Source of the DNA: an uncultured Bdellovibrionales bacterium
GTDB taxonomy: Bacteria > Bdellovibrionota_C > UBA2361 > SZUA-149 > CAZDWZ01
NCBI GenBank assembly: GCA_964405665.1
Contig: CAYOOT010000006.1
Coordinates: 3,350 to 67,349, forward strand
DNA: 64,000 nucleotides
Reading direction: 5' to 3'
The notes beneath the pieces were generated by a model, which saw only the letters and a program-made list of their open reading frames with translations, made no database searches and had not been told where the DNA came from. Positions 10,347 through 19,428 of the stretch are shown here, one piece after another; within the stretch, counting starts at the first letter, position 1; every line of letters starts with the position of its first letter. Position numbers and translations under genes: made by a program.

Positions 10347-10757
10347 TTAAGAAAAAAATCCACTTTTCTGTTTATTTACCGACATTATAAGTATGAAAAT
10401 AATGGATAAAAATAAACTTAAAATAAAGCCTATTACAAAGGAGATCATGCTGCTTTGCTGAAAGAGAAATAAAGCCAAACACAATAAAGAAAGAGCAATA
10501 AATTTTAAGATAAAAAATTTATATATTTTAGAAGTTTTTGCTGGATCAATTAAATATTGCGAAAGATTTGACCAGCTCCCTAAATTAGCCCAAGAAAATA
10601 TTTGAGAAATGATAATACCCCGGATTTCGAAGTATTTAGAATTAGTTTCTTTGTAATAAAAATAAGAAAAAACAATTAACAGTATCGAGCTTATAACAAA
10701 CGCAATGTTTATTTGTTGTTTTACATTATTTACCGCAACCTTTTCCATTAAACTCAC
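10347..10757 (-). CDS. small multi-TM protein, possible AtpI/AtpZ-like ATP synthase accessory protein
   Basis: 136-aa polytopic membrane ORF immediately upstream of atpB on the same strand. Assignment rests on position only. Confidence 0.3.
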   Translation of the reverse strand: MSLMEKVAVNNVKQQINIAFVISSILLIVFSYFYYKETNSKYFEIRGIIISQIFSWANLGSWSNLSQYLIDPAKTSKIYKFFILKFIALSLLCLALFLFQQSSMISFVIGFILSLFLSIIFILIMSVNKQKSGFFS

Positions 10758-10935
10758 TAAATTATAAAATTTTTCCTTTTATTACAAGGATCAAAGATTC
10801 CCTTTGTGTCAAATTCCTCTCTTTTGATTTTTTTCATACAACAACAAAAAAAATTTTGAAAAAATTTTTTGATGCAGACAGTTGAATCTCTTGCGCTTAG
10901 ACTTTAAGTAACCTTAACTAAGAGAATTTCCATTT

Positions 10936-10960
10936 GTAATTGTTAACAACTTTCTGTTAG
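10936..10960. promoter_or_regulatory. DnaA-box-like 13-mer (ttaacaactttct) upstream of dnaA
   Basis: Identical 13-mer recurs in the dnaA-dnaN spacer (12788-12800). Confidence 0.35.
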
Positions 10961-11001
10961 TGTCCACCTCCTGTTGGATTCAGATTTTAATTAGGAAGGT
11001 A

Positions 11002-12510
11002 ATGGATAGAGTAGCGGATTTACTAGATTCTCAACTAAACGGTGTTTCTACCTCAACGAAAACCAATTTTAAACCGACAGAAAGTGATATTCCAAATAAA
11101 AATTCAAAAATTAATTTTTCTAATGAGGATTTTAAAGAACTTTGGGAAGAAGCTTGCCATGAGATCAGCAAAGAAATCGATCAACAGCTTTTTAATACCT
11201 GGATAAAAGTACTGAAAATATCAAATTTAGAATTACCCCTTGATAATTCTAAAGAAGCCAAAATTGAATTAACAGCACCAAACAAATTTAGTTGTGCTCA
11301 TATTGAAAAAAATTATCAACAATTAATTGCTGATTCTTTCTCTAAATTACTTTTAGTTAAAATTAAACTACATTTTTGTTTTGATAAACACTTTAGCCCG
11401 GCTAACGATCCTCTTTTAGAAAAAACTGCCACCAGCCCTATTTTAAAAAAGAAAGCTTCCTTGTTTTCTGAAAATAGGTTGCAAAAACCTGATGAAACCA
11501 ATCTTAATCCTAAATATAATTTTTCCAATTTTGTAGTTGGTTCCTGTAATCAATTTGCGCATGCCGTTAGTCTTAAAGTAGCGGAAAGTCCTGGAACTTC
11601 TTTTAATCCTCTCTTTGTTTATGGGGGAGTAGGATTAGGCAAGACCCATCTGGCTAACGCCATCGGTAATTCTACAAAAAGACAAAAGAAGAAAGTATTA
11701 CTGGTTAGTTCTGAAAATTTTGTCAGTGAACTTATCGCTTCCATCAGAAGCAATAAGATGGATTCCTTTAAAAGTAAGTTTCGTTCACTGGATTTATTAA
11801 TTGTTGATGATATTCAATTTATTATTGGCAAAGAACGAACTCAAGAAGAATTTTTCCATACCTTTAATGAACTTTATAATAAGCATAAACAAATAATTAT
11901 CACTTCCGATAAAATGCCCAATGAATTAATTGGACTGGAAGACAGATTGAAAACAAGATTTGCCAGTGGACTTTCTGTTGATTTACAATCTCCTGACTAT
12001 GAAACAAGAGTGGCGATTATTGTTAATAAAGCCGTTGCAGAAAAAGTAAATTTACCGGAAGAAGTTGCCAGACTACTTGCTTGCAATATTACTTCGAATG
12101 TTCGGGAACTAGAGGGAGCAGTAAACCGTTTGTTTGCCCTAAGTTCTGTTAATAAAACTAGTATTGATTTAAAACTGGCTGAAGATGTAATTTCTAGTCT
12201 TTCTTTAAAAAAGAAAACAAAAGAAATTAATTTTGAATTGGTCAAAAAAATAGTTGCTGAGCATTTTAATGTCAGTCTTAATGACATTCTTGGAAAAAGA
12301 AGAACTCAACACATTGCAGCAGCAAGACATGTTTGTATGTATTTTTGCAGAAAGCTGACAAATTATTCTTATCCGGAAATCGGTGCTTACTTTGGCGGAA
12401 GAGATCATTGCACGGCAATTCATGCCTATAAAGTAGTAGTCGAGAAATTAACTCTTGAGAAAAGTTTTTCTGATGAACTAGAAAAATTAGAAAACAAAAT
12501 AACCTCTTAG
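11002..12510 (+). CDS. dnaA: chromosomal replication initiator DnaA
   Basis: AAA+ Walker A GGVGLGKTHL, Walker B LLIVDDIQF, and the C-terminal DNA-binding domain (…HIAAARHVCMYFCRKLT…). Start placed at the ATG at 11002, which has an AGGAAGG RBS, rather than the upstream in-frame Met at 10960. Confidence 0.93.
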   Translation: MDRVADLLDSQLNGVSTSTKTNFKPTESDIPNKNSKINFSNEDFKELWEEACHEISKEIDQQLFNTWIKVLKISNLELPLDNSKEAKIELTAPNKFSCAHIEKNYQQLIADSFSKLLLVKIKLHFCFDKHFSPANDPLLEKTATSPILKKKASLFSENRLQKPDETNLNPKYNFSNFVVGSCNQFAHAVSLKVAESPGTSFNPLFVYGGVGLGKTHLANAIGNSTKRQKKKVLLVSSENFVSELIASIRSNKMDSFKSKFRSLDLLIVDDIQFIIGKERTQEEFFHTFNELYNKHKQIIITSDKMPNELIGLEDRLKTRFASGLSVDLQSPDYETRVAIIVNKAVAEKVNLPEEVARLLACNITSNVRELEGAVNRLFALSSVNKTSIDLKLAEDVISSLSLKKKTKEINFELVKKIVAEHFNVSLNDILGKRRTQHIAAARHVCMYFCRKLTNYSYPEIGAYFGGRDHCTAIHAYKVVVEKLTLEKSFSDELEKLENKITS

Positions 12511-12949
12511 TTTTCCTTACTTTATTTACCCACAAAACAAGCATCTAATAAGCTGTTAATAACTATGGGCTGGGGTGTTAGTAAGTTCTTGTTTGTTTGT
12601 TAAACTGCCGTAACCAAAGATTATTTATAAAAAACATGAAATAATCTTTACCAAAAAAATTTCTAACAAACTGTTAATAACTTTCTAATTTCTCCGCTTA
12701 TTTTGTTAAGAACTACAAGCTTATTAACAGTTTTAATTAATCAACTTTCTTATTTTTAAAGATACTATCTGATCTAAGAGTAACTATTAACAACTTTCTC
12801 GATACAAATTATTCTATCTTTTTCTAATTTAACTATTCACTTACAATCTTTTTAACATTTTTCCTGCCCACTACTACTACTTCTACTAATTTTAATATAT
12901 TATTGTTTAGTATAGAGTTAATAAAAAGTATTAAGGAGTATTTTAAAAG
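12511..12949. other. candidate oriC: AT-rich dnaA-dnaN spacer with repeated 10-13-mer boxes
   Basis: Boxes tgttaataac (12555), ctgttaataactttct (12671), ttattaacag (12721, inverted), tcaactttct (12743) and ctattaacaactttctc (12784). Extremely AT-rich stretches consistent with an unwinding element. Confidence 0.5.
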
Positions 12950-14065
12950 ATGTTATTTTCAATTGAAAAAGAAAAACTGTCTCGTCTTCTTTACTTAGCA
13001 AATTCCATTGTTGAGAAAAAAAATACAATGCCGATATTGGCAAATATTCTTCTTTCTTTAAAAAAAGATAAATTACAATTTTCCGTAACTAATTTAGAAG
13101 TAAGTTTGTTTGCCGAAGTTGATGTGGAATCAAAAGATACAGGCAATACCACGGTTGATGCCAAAGTTTTTTATGAAATAGTCAGAGAGCTTCCTAATGA
13201 GAAAGTAACATTAAAATTAATAGAAGATAAGAGATTGGAAGTTAAATGCGGAAAATCATTGTTTAAAATAAATACTTCCTCTGCTGATGAATTTCCTAAG
13301 GTTGCCGGTATTACTTTGAAAAATCCGGTTTCGATCGATGCAACTTTACTTTATGAAATGTTTGATAAAACATCTTATGCGGTTTCTACCGATGAAGGAC
13401 GGCAAAATATCAATGGAGTGTATGTTGAATTGTTAAACTCCAATAATGAAAACAATCTGCGTTTTGTTTCTACAGATGGACATCGTTTGGCAATAATTGA
13501 AAGACCTGTTACCGGATTCAATGAGTTTAGGCCTGTTATCGTTCCAAGACGTGCCATAGGAGAAATAAAAAAGATTTTAGAGGGCAATGATGGTGCGGCA
13601 AAATTAGAACTAGGAGAGAGCTTTATTACCTTTGAAAGCAGAGGCGTAACTTTAGGAGTACGTTTAGTTGATGGACAATATCCAGATTACTCGCAAGTTG
13701 TTCCTACAAAATGTTCTACTACAGTAAATGTAAATAGAGATGATTTTCTTGCGGCAATTAGAAGAACTTCCTTAATGACAACAGAAAAAAACAAAGCAGT
13801 TAGAATCGGGGTTTATGGAAATACATTAACTGTTTCATCTTCCAGTCAGGAATTTGGTGAAGCCAGTGATGCCATTGAAGTTGAAAAAACTGGTAATGAT
13901 TTAGATATCGGATTTTGCGCCAGATATGTGCAAGAATTACTTGCTTCGATGGATAGCAACCAACAAGTAGTGATGAAATTAGATGGAAATCTTGCACCGG
14001 GATTATTTACCCAGGCTGATAATGAGTCTTATACTTGTATCGTTATGCCGATGCGTTTCGAATAA
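12950..14065 (+). CDS. dnaN: DNA polymerase III beta sliding clamp
   Basis: 371 aa with a three-domain clamp pattern and an N-terminus MLFSIEKEKLSRLLYLANSIVEKKNTMPILANILL typical of DnaN. Position follows dnaA. Confidence 0.93.
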   Translation: MLFSIEKEKLSRLLYLANSIVEKKNTMPILANILLSLKKDKLQFSVTNLEVSLFAEVDVESKDTGNTTVDAKVFYEIVRELPNEKVTLKLIEDKRLEVKCGKSLFKINTSSADEFPKVAGITLKNPVSIDATLLYEMFDKTSYAVSTDEGRQNINGVYVELLNSNNENNLRFVSTDGHRLAIIERPVTGFNEFRPVIVPRRAIGEIKKILEGNDGAAKLELGESFITFESRGVTLGVRLVDGQYPDYSQVVPTKCSTTVNVNRDDFLAAIRRTSLMTTEKNKAVRIGVYGNTLTVSSSSQEFGEASDAIEVEKTGNDLDIGFCARYVQELLASMDSNQQVVMKLDGNLAPGLFTQADNESYTCIVMPMRFE

Positions 14066-14082
14066 AATTAATGTCATTAAAA

Positions 14083-14160
14083 TGTAGGGGCACCCTTTAT
14101 GGGTGCCCGGAATTCCAAAATATATTGGTCAACCGGGCACGCATAAAGGGTGCCCCTACA
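14083..14160. repeat. GC-rich compound palindromic repeat (GTAGGGGCACCC family), two hairpins
   Basis: Hairpin 1: gtaggggcaccc-tttat-gggtgccc. Hairpin 2: ccgggcacgc-ataaa-gggtgcccctac. Lies between dnaN and recF. Confidence 0.7.
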
Positions 14161-14179
14161 AATTTCCATTTTGGTTTTA

Positions 14180-15322
14180 ATGTTCGTCAATAAATTCTAC
14201 CTTAACGGCTTGAGGAACTTAAAAGAACAAGAAGTAACTATTCACAGCCCATTTACCGTAGTTACCGGAAAAAACGGCCAAGGAAAGACTAGCTTTTTAG
14301 AGGGTCTTTATGTTTTATCTTCTACCAAATCATTTCGGACGGCAAAATTAAAAGAAATTATTACTCAAACTGCAGGAATATCTTCCTGTTTTTTAAAAGC
14401 AATGATTACCACCGAAGATGGAGAAAAATTATTAGCCGCTGAAATTTCAAAAGATAAAAAACAATTTTTTATCAATGAAAATAAAGCTAATAAAGTAAAA
14501 GAGTATTTCGGCAAATTAAAAGCGATTGTTTTTACTCCCGATGATTTGCAAATTATTAAGGGTTCTCCCCAATTAAGAAGAGAATTAATTGATAAAAGCA
14601 TTTCTCTGGTCAATTTAGGCTATCTTGAATCATTACTTTTCTATAATGCCGCTTTAAAAAATAGAAACACACTCTTAATTCAAGGAAGAACTGCCAATTA
14701 TTTAGAATTTGAAGTTTGGGATAAATTATTAATTAATTATGGGTTGGAAGTTTTAAAACAGCGACTAAGTTTTTTAAAAGAAATAAAAGATATTTTTTCA
14801 AATTATTACCGTTTAATTTCCGAACGGAGCAAAGAAGAAAAAGTCCAATTTTTGTATCGCAGTGATTTTTTGAACAAAGATTATCAACTGGAAGCGCAAG
14901 CAGATTTTGAAGAAATAGAAACCTTACAGGCCAATTACTGTCAAAGAATTGAGCAAGACCTGAGATTAAAAAGCACAGGAATTGGAATTCATCGCGATAA
15001 TTTAATTATTAAAATAGATACCGGCTTTGGTTTTAAAGATGCTAAAGAAATTGCCTCCCAAGGACAAACCAGAAGTATTTCTCTGGCTTTAAAACTTGCC
15101 TCTGTGGACTTTGTAAAGTTAAAAACAAATATCTCTCCTTTATTATTGCTTGATGATGTGGAATCCGAATTAGATAGCGACAGGAAACAATCACTGATTA
15201 GTTTATTAGAAAATTTTAAAAGCCAGGTTATTTTAACAACAACCGATGATTCGGAAATTAAAAAAATTAAAACAAAGACGGGGATTGATCTGAGAAATAT
15301 TGAAGATGGGTATCTGGAATAA
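14180..15322 (+). CDS. recF: DNA replication/repair protein RecF
   Basis: SMC-like ABC ATPase with N-terminus YLNGLRNL, Walker A GKNGQGKTSFLEG, and signature/Walker B LLLLDDVESELD. Start moved from the tracked 14150 (inside the repeat hairpin) to the ATG at 14180. Confidence 0.9.
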   Translation: MFVNKFYLNGLRNLKEQEVTIHSPFTVVTGKNGQGKTSFLEGLYVLSSTKSFRTAKLKEIITQTAGISSCFLKAMITTEDGEKLLAAEISKDKKQFFINENKANKVKEYFGKLKAIVFTPDDLQIIKGSPQLRRELIDKSISLVNLGYLESLLFYNAALKNRNTLLIQGRTANYLEFEVWDKLLINYGLEVLKQRLSFLKEIKDIFSNYYRLISERSKEEKVQFLYRSDFLNKDYQLEAQADFEEIETLQANYCQRIEQDLRLKSTGIGIHRDNLIIKIDTGFGFKDAKEIASQGQTRSISLALKLASVDFVKLKTNISPLLLLDDVESELDSDRKQSLISLLENFKSQVILTTTDDSEIKKIKTKTGIDLRNIEDGYLE

Positions 15323-15383
15323 TAAATTTCACTTTACTTTTGACTACACAAAAAATTAGGACTAGACTCCTACTAATAAATTT

Positions 15384-17033
15384 ATGCAAAAAGTTTGTGA
15401 ATTAACTCAAGCCCCTTTTACTATTTCGGAATTCGAAGTAGAATTCTGCAGAAAAAATGAAATTCCTCTTCCCACACTCAGTCCTTTTGTCAGACTGCGA
15501 AACTTATTGGTATTTAGAAACAGATCGGATCTTTATCATACAAAATGTGCTTTAAGTGAGAAAAGTATTCTATCTTCTGTTCCGCCGGAGAGTGATTTCA
15601 AAGTCGTTGATATCGATGTTTGGAATTCCGATGCTTGGGATCCTTTAGAGCTGGGCCGGGACTATAATTTTAGTAAACCATTTTTTAAGCAATTCGAAGA
15701 ATTATTAAGAATTACTCCGATTCCCAATCTGGCAGTTATAAAAAGCACTGTGGAAAACAGTGATTATACACATGGAATTCTTGGAGCAAAAAATTGCTAT
15801 TTATTATTTGCTAGCAGTTACAATGAAGATTGTCTTTTTTCCAGAAATATCAATCATTCTAAAAATTTAGTTAACTGTAATTTGGCTCAAAATTCCGAGA
15901 TCTGTTATGACTGTAATAATATTCAAAACGGCTATAATCTAAAATATTGCGCCAATTCTTTTCATTGCTCCGATTCTTACTTTCTTTACAATTGTCAATC
16001 CTGCAGCAATTGTTTTGGTTGCGTTAATTTAAGCAACAAGCAATATCATTACTACAATCAAGCTTTAAAGAAAGAAGAATATCATCAGAAATTGGCGGAT
16101 TTGCAACTGGGAAGTTTCAATTTTATTGAACAGGAAAAGATAAAATTCGATAAATTTAAAGAAAGTTTCCCCATTAAATATTTATTCGGCAAAAGCCTTG
16201 TCGGCTGCAGAGGCAACTTTCTGGCAAACGATAAGAACTGCGATCAATGTTACTTTGTATATGATTCGGAAAATTTAGAATATTGTATCTGGGCAAAGAA
16301 GGCAAAATCATCTCTTTTTCATTGCATGTTCGGATTTAACAGTGAATTGATTTACAATTCTGCCACAGTGGGGGACAGCGCCTATAATATTAAATTTTGC
16401 GCCGATACTTATGAAGGGGTTAATAATTTGGAATATTGTATGTATTGCCAGAGAGGAACCAGCGATTGTTTTGGTTGTGTTGGATTAAAGAAAAATAGTT
16501 ACTGCATTTTAAATAAACAATATTCCAAAGAAGCATACTTTGATTTAGTAAAAAGAATCAAAGAACAGATGAGACAAGCTAAAGAATATGGGCAGTTTTT
16601 TCCGATTTCCTTAAGTCCATTTTATTTTAATCAATCGGAAGCTAATTATTTTCTCCCTTTACCCAAAGCAGAAGTCCTGAAACAAGGTTTTAAGTGGAAA
16701 GAAGATGAAGTAGAAAAGATCGCACAAAAATATCAATTAGCGGATAATATCTCAGAGGTAAGTGATGATATTTTAAATCAAGTTTTGATTTGTTCGGAAT
16801 CAGGGAAAAAATACAAATTAATTAAACCGGAACTTGAATTTTATCGAAAAAATAATGTTCCGATTCCGCGAGTTGCTCCCATGGAAAGATTAAAAGAAAA
16901 AGCGAAAATTCTAAAAATAGAAAAATTACATCCGGGCAATTGTGCAAAATGTCAGCTGGAGTTCGAGACCGCTTATGATCTTAAAACAAACAAAATATAC
17001 TGTGAAGAATGTTTTCAAGAAGAGGTTAGTTGA
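15384..17033 (+). CDS. Cys-rich family protein, copy A (terminal zinc-ribbon modules plus two Cys-rich core modules)
   Basis: 549 aa with more than 40 Cys and no signal peptide or TM helix. Repeated CxxC/CxxCxxC units end in CFGCVNLSNKQYHYYNQ…EEY and CFGCVGLKKNSYCILNKQYSKEAY. C-terminal module: LICSESGKKYKLIKPELEFYRKNNVPIPR…CAKCQ…YCEECF. Paralogous to four other ORFs in this window. Confidence 0.8.
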   Translation: MQKVCELTQAPFTISEFEVEFCRKNEIPLPTLSPFVRLRNLLVFRNRSDLYHTKCALSEKSILSSVPPESDFKVVDIDVWNSDAWDPLELGRDYNFSKPFFKQFEELLRITPIPNLAVIKSTVENSDYTHGILGAKNCYLLFASSYNEDCLFSRNINHSKNLVNCNLAQNSEICYDCNNIQNGYNLKYCANSFHCSDSYFLYNCQSCSNCFGCVNLSNKQYHYYNQALKKEEYHQKLADLQLGSFNFIEQEKIKFDKFKESFPIKYLFGKSLVGCRGNFLANDKNCDQCYFVYDSENLEYCIWAKKAKSSLFHCMFGFNSELIYNSATVGDSAYNIKFCADTYEGVNNLEYCMYCQRGTSDCFGCVGLKKNSYCILNKQYSKEAYFDLVKRIKEQMRQAKEYGQFFPISLSPFYFNQSEANYFLPLPKAEVLKQGFKWKEDEVEKIAQKYQLADNISEVSDDILNQVLICSESGKKYKLIKPELEFYRKNNVPIPRVAPMERLKEKAKILKIEKLHPGNCAKCQLEFETAYDLKTNKIYCEECFQEEVS

Positions 17034-17037
17034 AATT

Positions 17038-18099
17038 ATGAAAAAATATTTATTAATTATCTTATTTTATTTTTTAAGTGCTCTGACCGCAATGGCAGAA
17101 ACGGAAATTAAGATCGGAGTATTGACTGATTTATCAGGTTTGGGAGCATATTACGGAAATCAAACAAGAGTTGGGGCGATGTTAGCCGAGCAGGAAATAA
17201 ACAAGGAAGATAAAAACTTTAAAATAATTTTTGAAGATAGCGGGCTTAAGCCGCCGCAAGCTTTAACAGCAATGCAAAAACTTCTCTATTTTAATAAAGT
17301 GGCAGCCGTTTATGTGGATTTCACTCCAATTGCCACTGCTGTTTCTCCTGTTATCAAGAGCAATAAAAAACTAATGGTTTATTCTGCGGCAGCACGCTCT
17401 GTTGCTTTGGAAAATGAGTATGCCTTTAAAACCTATCTGGATTATCAGCAGGGCTGTGAAACTGTAGCTAAAGAATTAAAAAAAAGAGGTGTTTTGAAAG
17501 TTGGCCTTTTGAAAGCAAATGCTGAATATGCAGAGCTTTGTCTAAACGGCATCAAAAATATTTATCCGGATATTGTGGAATATTCTTATAATAGAGGAGA
17601 TCTTGTTTCATCTCAGGTTTTGGCGATGAAAAATAAGAATATTGAGGTAATATTTAATCCTTCCTATGAGGGGGATTGCGCTAATTCCATTCAAGCGGCA
17701 ACAACAATTAATTATCCGGTAAAATTTGTTTCTGCAGAAGATACTTTTAGTAAAGATCTTGTTGCCAAATACAAAGACCATCTCAATGGTAGCATGTCTT
17801 TTGGACTAAAAAGCTTGCCCCAGGAACTTAAAGATCAAGCAAAGAAACTTCCAGGAGGCGATAAGCTCACAGACTATTACGGTACAGGTTTGGCCATGGC
17901 GCATCTGGAGCAAATGTATCAGACGATTAAAAAATGCGGCAATGAGAATATAACTTGTCAGTTAGAAACCCTAAAAAAAGCGGAAAAGGATAATCGTATC
18001 GGTTTTAAAGGTTGGCAGAACAAAATTGCTGTGCTGAAAACAGAAATTAAAGAATTTAAAAAAGATGCATTTTATCCCATCAATACTCTTGAGAAATAA
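17038..18099 (+). CDS. periplasmic ligand-binding protein, type-1 PBP (Leu/Ile/Val-binding LivK-like), orphan (no cognate permease adjacent)
   Basis: Signal peptide followed by a PBP1 fold pattern (KIGVLTDLSGLGAYYG…). The ATG at 17038 lies 4 nt after the stop of Cys-rich copy A. Confidence 0.75.
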   Translation: MKKYLLIILFYFLSALTAMAETEIKIGVLTDLSGLGAYYGNQTRVGAMLAEQEINKEDKNFKIIFEDSGLKPPQALTAMQKLLYFNKVAAVYVDFTPIATAVSPVIKSNKKLMVYSAAARSVALENEYAFKTYLDYQQGCETVAKELKKRGVLKVGLLKANAEYAELCLNGIKNIYPDIVEYSYNRGDLVSSQVLAMKNKNIEVIFNPSYEGDCANSIQAATTINYPVKFVSAEDTFSKDLVAKYKDHLNGSMSFGLKSLPQELKDQAKKLPGGDKLTDYYGTGLAMAHLEQMYQTIKKCGNENITCQLETLKKAEKDNRIGFKGWQNKIAVLKTEIKEFKKDAFYPINTLEK

Positions 18100-18172
18100 G
18101 TCGGCAAAAGATAGCTTATCTGGAGTACGGACAAGCTTGCTCTACGTTAAAATAATTTTTATATAATGCCGG

Positions 18173-19417
18173 ATGAATAACCTTAGCTCCTTTGATTTAA
18201 CGCATTTTTTCTTAGCAATAAGTATCTTGCTTGTTTTTACACGTTTATTCGGAGCGCTGATGGAGAGATTCCACAAGCCGGCCGTAGTTGGTGAGATCCT
18301 GGGAGGTGTTATTCTTGGCCCCACCATTTTTGGATCTTTTTTCCCAGAAACGTTTAACCTTTTATTTCCGGTCAATGGCCCTCTTGCCTATTCCTGGCAG
18401 GCCTTAATTAATATTTCAGTAATCCTTTTTATTTTTACTTCCGGTTTGGAATTAGAACTCTCGCGGATGCTCAAATATGGAAAAGCAAGTTTAACCGTTG
18501 GTTTATTTGGTTTTTGCATTCCTTTTATATTAGGAGTTACTTTTGTTTGGCTAATTCCTAGTGTCTTAGAACTATCCCCTTTAAAACAAAAATTACCTTT
18601 GGCTCTTTATCTGGGTGTGATTTTATCTATCTCCGCTTTGCCGGTAATTATCAAAACACTAAGTGATTTAAAAATTCTTAAAACTCCAGTTGCGACAACA
18701 ACAATTGGAGCTGCTATTTTTGATGATCTCATTGGCTGGATTATTTTTGCCATTGTTTTAACTCTCTCCGGGCAAACTTTAGAAAACAAATTAAATATTT
18801 ATTCCACTATTATCGTGTTAATAAGTTATATCGTTTTTATGTTATTTATTGGCCGAAAGCTAATTAAAAAAGGTTTATCTCTTATTAAGAATTGGGGCTT
18901 TGATGACGTTACCAGTTATTCCGTAATTCTTGCTTTAATTTTTCTTTCCGCGGCAATCACCGAGTGGTTAGGAATTCATGCGATGTTTGGGGCTTTGATT
19001 GTCGGCATTATTCTATCGGACACTGATCATTTGGAAAGGAAAACAAGTATTTTTTTAAATAAGTTTATTGCCGCATTTTTCTCACCCATATTTTTTGGTT
19101 TTATCGGATTAAGGGCAAATTTTGGTTCTAGCTTTGATCTCAAATTATTTTTAATAATTTTTATTCTTTCTTGTTTAGCAAAAATTGTTGGTGTCACTTT
19201 AGGTGCTTTACTTAGCGGTTTTAAAATAGCAGAAGCCTTTGCGATAAGTTTTGCAATGAATGCCCGAGGAGCGATGGGGATTATCATTACAAATCTTGGT
19301 TTGCAGGCGGGTTTGATTAATAATCAGCTATTTTCCGCATTTATTCTAATGGCTTTAATTACTTCAATCATCAGTGGACCTTTGATTCAATTTAGTCTTT
19401 CCAAGAGGAGAATATAA
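18173..19417 (+). CDS. cation:proton antiporter (CPA2/Kef-NapA type Na+/H+ exchanger)
   Basis: About 12 TM helices and an N-terminal motif …AVVGEILGGVILGPT typical of the Na_H_Exchanger family. Confidence 0.85.
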   Translation: MNNLSSFDLTHFFLAISILLVFTRLFGALMERFHKPAVVGEILGGVILGPTIFGSFFPETFNLLFPVNGPLAYSWQALINISVILFIFTSGLELELSRMLKYGKASLTVGLFGFCIPFILGVTFVWLIPSVLELSPLKQKLPLALYLGVILSISALPVIIKTLSDLKILKTPVATTTIGAAIFDDLIGWIIFAIVLTLSGQTLENKLNIYSTIIVLISYIVFMLFIGRKLIKKGLSLIKNWGFDDVTSYSVILALIFLSAAITEWLGIHAMFGALIVGIILSDTDHLERKTSIFLNKFIAAFFSPIFFGFIGLRANFGSSFDLKLFLIIFILSCLAKIVGVTLGALLSGFKIAEAFAISFAMNARGAMGIIITNLGLQAGLINNQLFSAFILMALITSIISGPLIQFSLSKRRI

Positions 19418-19428
19418 TCTTCCTTTCG

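Noticed and set aside
10960-11001. ORF-track start of dnaA at 10960
   Set aside because: No RBS, and it overlaps the putative DnaA-box region. The ATG at 11002 is preceded by AGGAAGG.
14150-14179. ORF-track start of recF at 14150
   Set aside because: That codon lies inside the GC-rich hairpin repeat and the upstream residues (MPLQISILVLMF) are non-conserved. The ATG at 14180 gives the canonical RecF N-terminus.
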